Source of the DNA: an uncultured Collinsella sp.
GTDB taxonomy: Bacteria > Actinomycetota > Coriobacteriia > Coriobacteriales > Coriobacteriaceae
Reading direction: 5' to 3'
DNA length: 64,000 nt
NCBI GenBank assembly: GCA_900550415.1
Contig: URSO01000002.1
Coordinates: 3,657-67,656, forward strand
The notes under the pieces are model-generated. The model was given only the letters and a program-made list of their open reading frames with translations. It ran no database searches and was not told where the DNA came from. The position numbers and the translations under genes are program-made. Below, one piece after another: positions 38,540 through 48,412 of the stretch; positions within the stretch are counted from its first letter, which is position 1, and each line of letters begins with the position of its first letter.

Positions 38540-40072
38540 CTAGTCCAGCTTGGTGCCCGGTACCTGCGGCGCCTCTTTAATCAGCGCATTAAGTTCGTTC
38601 AAAATGGAAACGGGCTGTCGGTCGACGGCGTCCAGATGAAGCGTCGCCACGCGAAGGGGCGGCTGATATTCAAATGAGCCAAGGAGCACGGGCGATCCCA
38701 AGAACCGTTCGATTTCGTCTGCAACCGCGTCGGTCTCTTCGGGATCAAAGTCGTCGAAGAGCGCCACGAACATCGGTCCGGTCGAGCGGAACAGACGACC
38801 CTTGCCGCGCGAGCAATCCATGAGGCAGGCGGCGCTTTCTGCCAAAACGCGGTCGCCTGCATCAAAGCCAAAGCGGGCATTGACCTGTGCGATTTCGTCG
38901 ATTTTAATGGCGATCAAGCCCGCGTTTCGTGCCACGCGACGCATCTCGCCAATGGCGTTGACCAGGGCGTGGATATCGCCCAGACCGGTCACGGAATCGG
39001 TCGTATCTGCCAAGCTTCGGTTGGTGACAATGCCCACATACATGTTGGGCTCGGTATCGGTGCCGTCCAGGCGGTAACCCGTGCAGTCGCAAAGCGCGTA
39101 TTTTCCGGCGGTATTCATGACGCGATACTGCATGCAGTGGAAGTGCCACGTGCCGTTTACCACCATATCGAGCTCGGCACGTACGTTGTCGCGGTCCTCG
39201 GGGTGAACACGGGCAAGCCATATATCGAGCGAGTTGTAGGGATGCTGGGAGGGTAGGTCAAAATCGCGCACGGCATTAACCGACCATTGCGATTCGCCGG
39301 TGTCGAGGTTAATGATGAACGGATAGCGTGTCTCGGAGCTCATGGAGATCGCTTGAAACACTCGGTCGTTGCAGGGGGGGGGTTGTTCGGTGATCGGGCG
39401 TTGCAGCGCATCGCCTTCTTCCGGTTGTTGCACACGGTACATGAGCTTGTAGCGATACATTTTGCGGTCGGCGTCCTTTGTCATCTGGCGACGCGTATCG
39501 CCTGCAAGCGGGTCGACGCGCGAGCAGCCAAAGCTAAAGCTGGCGATCATGGGCGCCTTGCCGTCCGATGTTGCCTCGATAAGATTGGCACGCGTCCACT
39601 CCAGGCGCTGCTCGAGCTCGGCTTCGTTTGTCGTGGGGGATATAAGTACAAATTCGTCTCCACCGATACGGAACAGCAACTCATCGTGCTCCATTGTCTC
39701 GGTGAGTGCGCGGCAGATGCTCAGAATGTAGCGATTGCCCTCGGCGTGGCCAAACTTATCGTTGCAATGCTTGAGGCGATCGATGTCAATATAGGCACAG
39801 GTGAAGGGGGTGCCTTTGCGCCAGAGCTGATCGACATGGCGGTCGAGTCCGCCACGGTTGCCAAGATTGGTGAGCGAGTCGATATAGGCGCCGTGCTCAA
39901 GCAACTCACGTTCTTGTTGCAGGATGGCGAGCGTTTTCTGCAGTTGCTCACCGATGGCACGCAGCTCCGGGGGCAGCGCGGCAACATCGAGCTCGGTGGT
40001 TGAGGCCCCGTTCGCAAGTCGCTGAAGATGAGCGATGATTGATTGCTCGCCCAGGCGATACGACTCGTTCAT
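38540..40072 (-). CDS. Diguanylate cyclase (GGDEF, PAS, degenerate GGDEF)
   Basis: D.LT.L.NR, DIDRLK..ND.FGH..G, RIGGDEF; PAS VHPEDR; second domain has RSTGPMF. Confidence 0.88.
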   Translation of the reverse strand: MNESYRLGEQSIIAHLQRLANGASTTELDVAALPPELRAIGEQLQKTLAILQQERELLEHGAYIDSLTNLGNRGGLDRHVDQLWRKGTPFTCAYIDIDRLKHCNDKFGHAEGNRYILSICRALTETMEHDELLFRIGGDEFVLISPTTNEAELEQRLEWTRANLIEATSDGKAPMIASFSFGCSRVDPLAGDTRRQMTKDADRKMYRYKLMYRVQQPEEGDALQRPITEQPPPCNDRVFQAISMSSETRYPFIINLDTGESQWSVNAVRDFDLPSQHPYNSLDIWLARVHPEDRDNVRAELDMVVNGTWHFHCMQYRVMNTAGKYALCDCTGYRLDGTDTEPNMYVGIVTNRSLADTTDSVTGLGDIHALVNAIGEMRRVARNAGLIAIKIDEIAQVNARFGFDAGDRVLAESAACLMDCSRGKGRLFRSTGPMFVALFDDFDPEETDAVADEIERFLGSPVLLGSFEYQPPLRVATLHLDAVDRQPVSILNELNALIKEAPQVPGTKLD

Positions 40073-40198
40073 GATGGATTGCCTCCTTGGATGGAACAAT
40101 GGTTTGTATCTTACTCCCAATTCGGTTTAGATTGGAGTATTAGTTAGCTCATGGGAACAAACGCTCCCCTCGACGGTGGCGTTTTGCGTGCGAGCGTA

Positions 40199-42973
40199 TT
40201 AGTTGTCGTTGCCACCATCGAGCAATGCCTCAAAATCCTCCGCCTGCATGGGGCGGTAGTAGAGGAATCCCTGAGCGTAGCGGGCGCCCATGTGGCGCAG
40301 CATGTTTGCCTGCTTGTCCGTCTCGACGCCTTCGATCACAACGGGCAGATGGAGTGACTGCGCCATCTCGAGCATTGATGAGATGATTTGCACGCTGCGG
40401 CCCTCATCGCCGTTATCGGGCACAAACGTGCGGTCGAGCTTGATGACGTCGACGTTGACGTTCTTGAGCATCGCGAGCGTGGACTGGCCGGTGCCAAAAT
40501 CGTCCATGTAGGTCGAGAAGCCGCGGTTGTGCAGGTCGGCCGTCAGCTTATCCACAGCTTCGGACTCTCCCGTATAAGCCGTCTCGGTGATCTCGATGCG
40601 CATGAGCTCGGGCGGCAGGTTGTATTGGGCGGCGAGTGCCCCCATATGTTCGGCGACGTCGCAGGCAAGGATATCCACGCGCGACACATTGAGCGAGATC
40701 GGAACCACGCGCAGCCCTCGATCGATGCGCTCACGCAGCCACGAGGCGACGCCCTGCCAAACGTATTTGTCGAGCGTCACCACAAAACCGCTTTCCTCGA
40801 GAGCGGGGATAAAGGTGGCAGGTGAAATGAGGGAGCCGTCCTTGTCAATCCAGCGCGTGAGTGCCTCGGCGCCAATGATCTCGCCGGATTCCATGTCGAC
40901 CTGGGGCTGCAAGTAGTAGGTAATGCGGCCGTTTGAGAGCGCATACTGGAATTCGGTCAGCGTGCGGTGGAACGAGATTTCGCGCTCGTACTCCTCGGGG
41001 CGGAAAATGGCAATGCGCTCCTTAAAGTCGTTTTTTGCACGCCGATTGGTAAACATGGCTTTGGCCTGCGCATCGATGGTGATTTCCTCGTTGGAGTCGA
41101 TGGAGTAGACGCCCATGGACGGCCAGAAGCCTACGCCGTCATCATGCTTAGCCACGGCCTCGCGAGCGCGGTTATAGATTTTATGGACGGTGTCGCGCTC
41201 AAAGGGGATGAGTACGCAAAAGTCATCTTGGCCCCAGTACCCTGCGACGCCCATGTTGGCATTCTCGATGTCCTTGAGGACCGTGCCCACATCGGCGAGC
41301 ATGCGGTCGCCCTCGGCCTGTCCGTGCCATTCGTTGAACAGTCGCATGTGTCCCATATCGACGGTGGCGATACACCAGGCGCCGTTGCGCCTTGTCTCGA
41401 GAAATTCGTTGGCGCGGCGCATAAACTCGCTGGGTCGATAGAGACCCGTGAGCGAATCGATGCGTTCGGCGATGGCGCTTTTGCGCTCCACCTCGGGTAT
41501 GGGGAGGCTGTCGTTGGGAACAAGCCCGCCGGCCGTGCGAATGCGACGGTCGAGTTCGCCTAAAACGGCGGCCGTTTGATTGGTCAGGTGCTCGTAAAAG
41601 GCCGGAACGACAAGACAGACGGGGGTAATGGTGTCGTCCGCGATTCGAACGGGAGCGAAAACGGCCTCTTTGAGATGTTGGATCAGTTGCTCGAATGCTT
41701 CGTGATCCAAATTGTTGCTAAGCACGACGAACTGGGCGTTGCGTGAGCGGAAGACGCGACTCCTGCCGCGAGTAATCGACAGCATGCGGCCTGCGTATTC
41801 GGCGAGCATGTTGTCGACGGCCTCGGCCCCGTAGAGCTCGTTGAGCTTTGCCGTGCCGCGAACGCGCACTGCTATAAGCCCCGTCTTGCAATGGTCGCGA
41901 CGGCAGGCATCGATAGCGTTGATCAGCGTGCGCTGCATTCCGAGGCCCGTGGCGGCGTCGACGGTCTCGGCAAGCGAGTGGTTGACGAGCTCGCCGACAT
42001 AGAGCGAGGGGACATTTCCGTCGCCGTCGATACGAAACCCGCGAGCACGGCCGAGGATGTAGTCGCCGGCGGCATTGCGCACGCGGTACTGCATGACGTG
42101 GCGATGTTTGGAGCCGTCATAGATTTGGTCGATGTCGTTGGTATAGGCCTCAAGGTCATCGGGATGGACACGCGTTTTCCAGTAATCGTGGCAGTTGTCT
42201 ATATGCTCCGAAGGAAGACCAAGATCGCGCAAGGCGCCTTGTGACCAAAGGGTTCGATGTTTGTCCAAGTTCTCGATAAAGAAATATCGGCCTTCGTTGA
42301 GCATCGAAAGGGCGTCGAAAATGCGATCGCTTATTTCGAAGTCGTCGGTGTGGGCTTGTGCGATATTGCGTCGATCAAGGTGCACGGCATGACGTAGCTT
42401 GTAGTCGTACATGCGATGGTCGGCATCGTTCGTCAAGCGATTGGGGGCTTCGCCCAGGGCGGGGTCGGCGTGTGCCACTCCGTAGCTAAACGAGTGAGGC
42501 ATCTTGGAAGCGTTGTTTTCGAGCAGTACCGTTCGGCAGTGTTCCAGACGTTCGGCAAGGTCGTCCTCGGTCGCAATCGTAGATAGGATGGCGAACTCGT
42601 CGCCCCCCAGACGAAATGCCGCCTCGTCCACCTTCATATACAGTTTGAGATAGAGGCTCACCTGCAAGATATAGCGGTTGCCCTCGTCATGTCCAAAGAT
42701 GTCGTTGCAGTGCTTAAGGTTATCGATGTCGATAAACGCCATGGTCACGGGCAGTTCCTGCTCCCAGAGTTCCTCTAAGGAACGGGTAAAGCCGCCGCGG
42801 TTGCCAAGTCCGGTGAGCTCGTCGGTAAAGGCGGTCCTGATCAGATCGTCCTGACGCTCCAGAAGGTCACGGATGGTCTTTTCGAGCGTTTCGGTATTAT
42901 TGCTGGCGTTATCCATACTGTAAGCGGCTTTCTGAGGTCGGGGCGGATTGCGTCGGGCGAGCTCGTTGTGCAC
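40199..42973 (-). CDS. GGDEF-PAS-(degenerate GGDEF x2)-EAL protein
   Basis: RLGGDEF, VHPDD, EAL.RW, EITE, DDFGTG, KLDR, EGVET, QGF; start uncertain (42973 or 42916). Confidence 0.9.
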   Translation of the reverse strand: MHNELARRNPPRPQKAAYSMDNASNNTETLEKTIRDLLERQDDLIRTAFTDELTGLGNRGGFTRSLEELWEQELPVTMAFIDIDNLKHCNDIFGHDEGNRYILQVSLYLKLYMKVDEAAFRLGGDEFAILSTIATEDDLAERLEHCRTVLLENNASKMPHSFSYGVAHADPALGEAPNRLTNDADHRMYDYKLRHAVHLDRRNIAQAHTDDFEISDRIFDALSMLNEGRYFFIENLDKHRTLWSQGALRDLGLPSEHIDNCHDYWKTRVHPDDLEAYTNDIDQIYDGSKHRHVMQYRVRNAAGDYILGRARGFRIDGDGNVPSLYVGELVNHSLAETVDAATGLGMQRTLINAIDACRRDHCKTGLIAVRVRGTAKLNELYGAEAVDNMLAEYAGRMLSITRGRSRVFRSRNAQFVVLSNNLDHEAFEQLIQHLKEAVFAPVRIADDTITPVCLVVPAFYEHLTNQTAAVLGELDRRIRTAGGLVPNDSLPIPEVERKSAIAERIDSLTGLYRPSEFMRRANEFLETRRNGAWCIATVDMGHMRLFNEWHGQAEGDRMLADVGTVLKDIENANMGVAGYWGQDDFCVLIPFERDTVHKIYNRAREAVAKHDDGVGFWPSMGVYSIDSNEEITIDAQAKAMFTNRRAKNDFKERIAIFRPEEYEREISFHRTLTEFQYALSNGRITYYLQPQVDMESGEIIGAEALTRWIDKDGSLISPATFIPALEESGFVVTLDKYVWQGVASWLRERIDRGLRVVPISLNVSRVDILACDVAEHMGALAAQYNLPPELMRIEITETAYTGESEAVDKLTADLHNRGFSTYMDDFGTGQSTLAMLKNVNVDVIKLDRTFVPDNGDEGRSVQIISSMLEMAQSLHLPVVIEGVETDKQANMLRHMGARYAQGFLYYRPMQAEDFEALLDGGNDN

Positions 42974-43235
42974 ATGCGTTGCTGCTCAACGCCTTGCGTG
43001 TTTCCAAGCCCCCGCCTTGCTGCGTCGTTGGGTTTATTTGTCGGTTCGTGCTCTCGGCTGATAACTACTGAGTAGTATAAACAAGTGTATGGAATTATGT
43101 AGGGGTGCCCATGTTGCGGGCGGCCATTATTCGCCAAACGGTAACGCGACGATGTTCGATGAAAATGCGACTGAGACGATATTTGTTGATGGGTATACTT
43201 GTTCCGTTTTAAAACGCAGGAACGGAGATGGTCGC

Positions 43236-44105
43236 ATGGCACAGTCAAATATGACGAGCACGGTGGGGCTGGCGCTCGAGGGAGGCGGCTACCGCGGTAT
43301 GTATACGGCGGGCGTGCTCGACGTTTGGATGGAGCACGGTTTGACCTGCGACCATATGGTGGGCGTCTCGGCGGGCGCGGCATTTGGCTACAACTTTAAA
43401 TCGCGCCAGATCGGCCGCGCCATTCGCTATAACAAGGCCTATTGCGCCGACAAACGCTATGCGAGCGTGACCAGCTGGCTGCGAACCGGCGATATGTTCA
43501 ATGCCGATTTTGCCTATCACGAGGTGCCCATCGAGCGCGATCCCATCGACCTGGAGGCGTATCGCGCCTGCCCCATGCGGTTTACGTGCGTGTGTACCGA
43601 TATCGAGACGGGCAAGGCCGTCTACCACGACCTGCCCTATGGCGACGAGCGGGATATCGAGTGGATCCGGGCATCGTCGGCGATTCCCGTGGCGACGCGT
43701 CCCGTTGCTATTGACGGGCATAAGTATCTGGATGGTGGCGTGGCCGATTCTATTCCCAGTGCATGGCTGTTTGCGCAGGGGTATGACCGCAATATCGTGG
43801 TGCTCACGCAGCCGGCGGGCTTTGTGAAGCAGCCCAACAGCGTGATGCCCATGCTGCGTCGCGTGTTCCGTCACTATCCGGAGTTTGTCGCAGCGCTTGA
43901 GCGTCGACATGAGGTCTACAATGCCACGCTCGATGACCTGGCACGTCGCGAGGCTGCCGGCGAGATCTTTGTGGTGCGGCCGAGCGAATCGGTGAAGGTG
44001 CCGTCGCTGTGTCGCGAGCCCGATGAACTTGAACGCATCTACCAGATTGGTCGCCGCGATGCGGAGGCGACCTTGCCGGCGTTGGAATCGTATCTGGCGG
44101 GGTAG
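43236..44105 (+). CDS. Patatin family phospholipase
   Basis: LEGGGYRG, GVSAG nucleophile elbow, DGG motif. Confidence 0.9.
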   Translation: MAQSNMTSTVGLALEGGGYRGMYTAGVLDVWMEHGLTCDHMVGVSAGAAFGYNFKSRQIGRAIRYNKAYCADKRYASVTSWLRTGDMFNADFAYHEVPIERDPIDLEAYRACPMRFTCVCTDIETGKAVYHDLPYGDERDIEWIRASSAIPVATRPVAIDGHKYLDGGVADSIPSAWLFAQGYDRNIVVLTQPAGFVKQPNSVMPMLRRVFRHYPEFVAALERRHEVYNATLDDLARREAAGEIFVVRPSESVKVPSLCREPDELERIYQIGRRDAEATLPALESYLAG

Positions 44106-44127
44106 GGCAAGCTGCCGTGGACTCGGC

Positions 44128-44297
44128 GGAAAGCGCGTCCCAGAATGAGCGCTCAGAACGGGTTACAGTTTCCCAAGCGGTGGGGTTTCGGATAGTACGT
44201 CCCGGAATATGCGTTCAGACTGGGATGCGGTTTCCCGTTGAGCCTCTATATGGAAAGCGCATCCCGGAATGGAGGTCCAAACTGGGATGCGCTTTCC
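44128..44297. repeat. Three palindromic units with a 62-bp period
   Basis: GGAAAGCGC(A/G)TCCC-N18-GGGATGCGCTTTCC consensus at 44128, 44190 and 44252. Confidence 0.8.
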
Positions 44298-44341
44298 GCT
44301 ATTGAAGATATGAGGCTGCGAATCAGCTGTTCGGCCTATGC

Positions 44342-45037
44342 CTATGCCTGCTGCCAGGTGTCGACGAGCTCCTTGGCCGCGGCGTAGGGATCATCGGCGC
44401 TGCAGACGGCGCTCACCACAAAGAAGCCGTCGACGCCGGTGGCCTTAAGCTGCGGCAGGTCGGCCGTCTTGACGCCGCCGCCCACCACGATGGGCACGGG
44501 GCTTGCCGCGTGGAGTGCGGCCAGGTCCTCAAAGCTTTTGGTGATGATAGAGCCATCGGCCGCGCGTCCGCAGTCGCGCTTGGTCTCGGTCTCGTGGAGC
44601 GGGCCGATGCCAAGGTAGTCGACCAAACTCATGTCGGCGGTCTTGACGTACTCGAGCATCTCCTCGCAACGGGCCGAAAGGCCCACGATGGCATCGGGGC
44701 CCAAAAGTTTGCGGCAGACCTCGACGGGAATATCGCTCTGGCCCACGTGCACGCCGTCGACAGCAATGCCCTGCTCGCGCGCGGCGAGTACGCAGTCCAG
44801 GCGGTCGTCGATCAGCAAAGCGACCTGACCGGTCTTGCCAGCCTGTGCGATTGCCTGCGCGGCGCCGCCGGTCAGCGCGATGATCTCGCGGGCGCTTGCC
44901 ACCTTGGAGCGCACCTGGATGCAGGTAAAGCCGGCATCGAGTGCCTGGGCCACCACATCGCCCACGGGGCGCCCGAGCGTGTTTTCGGGGCCGAGTACCA
45001 GATAGACCGAGATATCAAGGTTGTCGCGGATGCTCAT
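44342..45037 (-). CDS. thiE: Thiamine phosphate synthase
   Basis: IQVRSK, IDDRLD, GVHVGQSD, YLGIGP..ET.TK; TPP operon context. Confidence 0.9.
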   Translation of the reverse strand: MSIRDNLDISVYLVLGPENTLGRPVGDVVAQALDAGFTCIQVRSKVASAREIIALTGGAAQAIAQAGKTGQVALLIDDRLDCVLAAREQGIAVDGVHVGQSDIPVEVCRKLLGPDAIVGLSARCEEMLEYVKTADMSLVDYLGIGPLHETETKRDCGRAADGSIITKSFEDLAALHAASPVPIVVGGGVKTADLPQLKATGVDGFFVVSAVCSADDPYAAAKELVDTWQQA

Positions 45038-45375
45038 CGTGCTTCCTCCTGCTTTTTGATCTGTGCTTCCATGCGCTCGAGTTTGCCGGTCATGGTGTCG
45101 GTAAATCCGGGTCGAATATCGGCTTTGAGCACGACTTCGGTGCGGATGCCCTTGCTCGCCAACACAAAGGTCGCGTCGCGCACGACCTGCATGACCTCGT
45201 CCCAGTCGCCCTCGATCTCGGTGAACATCGAGGTGGTGCGGTTGGGAAGGCCGCTCTCGCGAATGACACGCACGACCTCGGCGACCTCGGCGGACAGCTC
45301 ATCGCCGGTACCGCATGGGGCGATGGCCACGGCGACGAGTGTGTTCATGCCGGCATCGGTTGCGGGCTCGGACAT
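45034..45375 (-). CDS. MTH1187/YkoF family thiamine-binding protein
   Basis: I.P.G....LS..VA......ESGL....SMFTEIEG.WDEV motif. Confidence 0.85.
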   Translation of the reverse strand: MSEPATDAGMNTLVAVAIAPCGTGDELSAEVAEVVRVIRESGLPNRTTSMFTEIEGDWDEVMQVVRDATFVLASKGIRTEVVLKADIRPGFTDTMTGKLERMEAQIKKQEEAR

Positions 45376-45378
45376 GCC

Positions 45379-46218
45379 TTATGCCTCCTCGAGCTCGAGT
45401 TGGTTATCGGCAATGTCCTGGGCGGTCGCGCGGTAGAGCTCGTCGATAAAGGCGACCTTAAAGCTTGCCGGGGCATCGGCAACGGCGGCGGCACGCGTGC
45501 CGGCAACGTTGTAGGCGGCGGTGCCGCAGATGGCCGCCGTAAACGGGTCGGCGGCGCAGGCATACACGGCCAGCACGCCGCCCTGCGAGCAACCGCAGCC
45601 GGTGATTTTGGACATGAGCGGGCTGCCGCCGTGGGACTTGGCCACGGTCGTGCCGTCGGTAATCAGGTCGACTTCGCCCGAGACCACAACGGCGCCGCCG
45701 GTGTAGCGGGCGAGCGCCACGGCGGCGCCGCGGGCGGCGTCTACCGTGTCGGTGGTATCGACACCGCGCACGCGACTCAGATCGGCCGCTTCGCCCTCAA
45801 GGCCCCACAGGCCGGCGAGCGCGATAATCTCGGAGGCATTGCCGCGCACGATGGCGGGTTTGTACTGCTTGAGTTCGCCTACCAGTTGGGTGCGCAGGCT
45901 GCCGATGCCCAGGCCCACCGGATCGAGCACCCAGGGCTTGCCGGCGTCGTGTGCCGCCTTGGCCGCGCGGGGAATCGTCTGCTCGTAGATGGGGAAGAGT
46001 GTGCCCATGTTCAGATAGATGGCGCCGCCGCCGGCAACGAGCGCCTCGCCCTCGTCGGGCAGATAGACCATGGCGGCCGATCCGCCCACGGCGAGCTGCG
46101 CGTTGGCGACAAAGTCAATCGTCACCGTGTTGGTGATGGAGCCCGCCATCGGATTGGTGGCGCGAATCTCCTCCACGGCCTTGACCACGTTTTGCTTGAG
46201 CTGTTTCGAATCGATCAC
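45379..46218 (-). CDS. thiM: Hydroxyethylthiazole kinase
   Basis: ITN.VT..FVAN..LA.G.S..M, LDPVG, RGNASEI, ITG.GC. Confidence 0.93.
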   Translation of the reverse strand: MIDSKQLKQNVVKAVEEIRATNPMAGSITNTVTIDFVANAQLAVGGSAAMVYLPDEGEALVAGGGAIYLNMGTLFPIYEQTIPRAAKAAHDAGKPWVLDPVGLGIGSLRTQLVGELKQYKPAIVRGNASEIIALAGLWGLEGEAADLSRVRGVDTTDTVDAARGAAVALARYTGGAVVVSGEVDLITDGTTVAKSHGGSPLMSKITGCGCSQGGVLAVYACAADPFTAAICGTAAYNVAGTRAAAVADAPASFKVAFIDELYRATAQDIADNQLELEEA

Positions 46219-46240
46219 TGCACATGCCTCCTTGGCATAG

Positions 46241-46276
46241 AAAAGGGGCGCTGTGCATAGACAGCGCCCCTAAAAA
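46241..46276 (-). terminator. Terminator of the TPP riboswitch expression platform
   Basis: AGGGGCGCTGT/ACAGCGCCCCT hairpin followed by a U-run, between the aptamer and thiM. Confidence 0.8.
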
Positions 46277-46282
46277 GGCGGC

Positions 46283-46374
46283 ATGCTCCCTACGCCAGCA
46301 TTAACTGACAGGTTCAAAGGATTGGGCCCCATGCCCTCTCAGCCTTGTGGTTTGCACCGCCGGCACTCCCGCAT
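46283..46374 (-). ncRNA. TPP riboswitch
   Basis: Minus strand GGGAGUGC...GCUGAGA...CCUUUGAACCUG..GUUAAUGCUGGCGUAGGGAGC upstream of thiM. Confidence 0.95.
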
Positions 46375-46441
46375 CGAATCTGTTGTTCCCTATACTAGCG
46401 CATCGGTACAATGGTTACGATGAAAACGACTGGGGGACCCT

Positions 46442-47350
46442 ATGATCAAACTTGTGCTGACCGATATGGACGATACGCTGATTCCGGCCGGGCATGACGG
46501 CGCCAGCGACTATGCCATCGAGGGCATTCATGCCATGCAGGCGGCGGGTCTGCACTTTGGTCCGGTTTCGGGTCGTCAGCCGTCTGCGATGGGCTGGATG
46601 TTTAAAAATCGTTCCGAGTGCTATTCGACCGGCGCATTCTGTAACGGCCAGGTCATGTTTGTCGACGGCGAGGCGGTCGCCTCGCGTGCGACCGATAGCG
46701 ACGCACTAATGCGTTTAGCCGCCTATCTGGAAGAAGAAACCGACGATACCTATCTGAAGGTCTACAGCTTAGGTGATGACTTTTGGGATAACGATGCCTA
46801 TTGCGTGACACGTGATGCCGAGCGTGTGCGTCGCGCTATGGAATCGGGCGGCAATGCGTGGCTCAAGGGCGAAGAGGCCCCGTGCCGCCCTGTCGTCGAT
46901 GATGCGCCGGTGTTCAAGGCGAATATCTGGAGCGCCCGTTCGCGTGAGGAGCTCGCGGAGCTACGCGAGCGCGTTGCCGCCGAGGTGCCGGAGCTCTCGC
47001 TTGTGTTTCCCAACAACCGTGTGCGCCTGTTCGACATCCTTCCGGCTGGTTGGGACAAGGGCTGCGCTGCGCTGGAGCTGGCGCGCGCTTTGGGCCTAAC
47101 GCCCGACGAGGTGGCCGTATTTGGCGATTCCGATAACGACCTGCCCATGATCGATGCCGTTCCCAACTCCGTTGCGGTCGCCAATGCCAACGAGGCCGTC
47201 ACGGCTGCCGCACGCTGGCATATCGGCGCTGCGGCAGACGATGCGGTTGGCGCAGCGCTGCATCAGATTGCCGCCTGCGCCGCGACGGGGGAGATGCCGT
47301 CGTTTATGCGTCAGATGAGCACGACGGGTTTCGACGTCACGAACGTCTAG
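46442..47350 (+). CDS. Cof-type HAD-IIB hydrolase
   Basis: DMDDTL, SGR, DKG, FGDSDNDLPM. Confidence 0.9.
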   Translation: MIKLVLTDMDDTLIPAGHDGASDYAIEGIHAMQAAGLHFGPVSGRQPSAMGWMFKNRSECYSTGAFCNGQVMFVDGEAVASRATDSDALMRLAAYLEEETDDTYLKVYSLGDDFWDNDAYCVTRDAERVRRAMESGGNAWLKGEEAPCRPVVDDAPVFKANIWSARSREELAELRERVAAEVPELSLVFPNNRVRLFDILPAGWDKGCAALELARALGLTPDEVAVFGDSDNDLPMIDAVPNSVAVANANEAVTAAARWHIGAAADDAVGAALHQIAACAATGEMPSFMRQMSTTGFDVTNV

Positions 47351-47360
47351 GGAGAAGGCT

Positions 47361-48257
47361 ATGAAGCTTCAGCAGCTCAGGTATGTTGTCAAGGTTGCCG
47401 AATGCGGTAGCATCACCGAGGCCTCGCGCCGACTCTTTGTGTCGCAGCCTTCGATTACCGCGTCGATTCGCGACCTCGAAAACGAGATGGACGTGCGCAT
47501 CTTTGAGCGCACCAACAAGGGCGTCATTGTGTCCGAGGAAGGCGAGACCTTCTTGGGCTACGCGCGCCAGGTACTCGACCAGGCCGACCTGCTCGAGGGC
47601 AAGTACAAGGGCGCATCCGAGCAGGTGCCGCACTTTAGTGTGAGCTGTCAGCATTATTCCTTTGCCGTTAACGCGTTTGTTGACGTGATCCGCGAGTTCG
47701 ATGCCGCGCGCTACGACTTTACCCTGCGCGAGGAGCAAACCCACGAGATTATCGAGGACGTCGCGCACATGAAAAGCGAGCTCGGCATCCTGTATCTGTC
47801 GGAGCACAATCGCGAGGTCATCGAGCGCATGTTGGCGGCCAACGAGCTCGTGTTCGAAGGGCTCTTCTGCGCCACGCCGCATGTCTTCGTGTGCGCCGAC
47901 CATCCGCTGGCGGGCCGCTCGAGTGTGACGCTCGAGGACTTGGAAGACTACCCGTTCCTGTCCTATGAGCAGGGCAGCTATAACTCGTTTTATTATTCTG
48001 AGGAGCTGACCTCGACCTTTGAGCGCCGCAAGAATATCCGCGTGCGCGACCGTGCGACGCTGTTCAACCTAGCTATGGGCCTTAACGGCTACACGGTGTG
48101 TTCGGGCGTGATCAGCCATGAGCTTAACGGCCCCGGTATTATCTCGATTCCGCTCGATGTAGACGAGTACATGGAGATCGGCATTATCACGCGCAAAAAT
48201 ACGACGCTCACGCGCTATGGGCAGGCCTATATCGAAGCGATTCGTCAGCACATCTAG
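47361..48257 (+). CDS. LysR family regulator (MetR/MtaR-like)
   Basis: LysR HTH; V.DRATLFNL..GLNGYT motif; adjacent to the MetE-like gene. Confidence 0.9.
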   Translation: MKLQQLRYVVKVAECGSITEASRRLFVSQPSITASIRDLENEMDVRIFERTNKGVIVSEEGETFLGYARQVLDQADLLEGKYKGASEQVPHFSVSCQHYSFAVNAFVDVIREFDAARYDFTLREEQTHEIIEDVAHMKSELGILYLSEHNREVIERMLAANELVFEGLFCATPHVFVCADHPLAGRSSVTLEDLEDYPFLSYEQGSYNSFYYSEELTSTFERRKNIRVRDRATLFNLAMGLNGYTVCSGVISHELNGPGIISIPLDVDEYMEIGIITRKNTTLTRYGQAYIEAIRQHI

Positions 48258-48304
48258 ATTGCTGCGTTCTGCACGGGTCAAATCTCTTTATGGCAGTCCA
48301 AACT

Positions 48305-48325
48305 GATATAGGAAGCATCTATATC
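48305..48325 (+). promoter_or_regulatory. MET-box-like LysR operator
   Basis: GATATAG-GAAGCAT-CTATATC palindrome (TATAG-N7-CTATA) upstream of the MetE-like gene. Confidence 0.6.
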
Positions 48326-48412
48326 AAACTGTTATAAACATATATTTTACGATGTCCATATGAGCGCTCATACTCTGTCCCAGTAAAGCAACCAATGCAA
48401 AGGGAGATATCT

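Noticed and set aside
38281..38580. 99-aa ORF
   Set aside because: No recognisable motif; it spans a low-GC to high-GC junction and overlaps the cyclase stop, so it is probably debris
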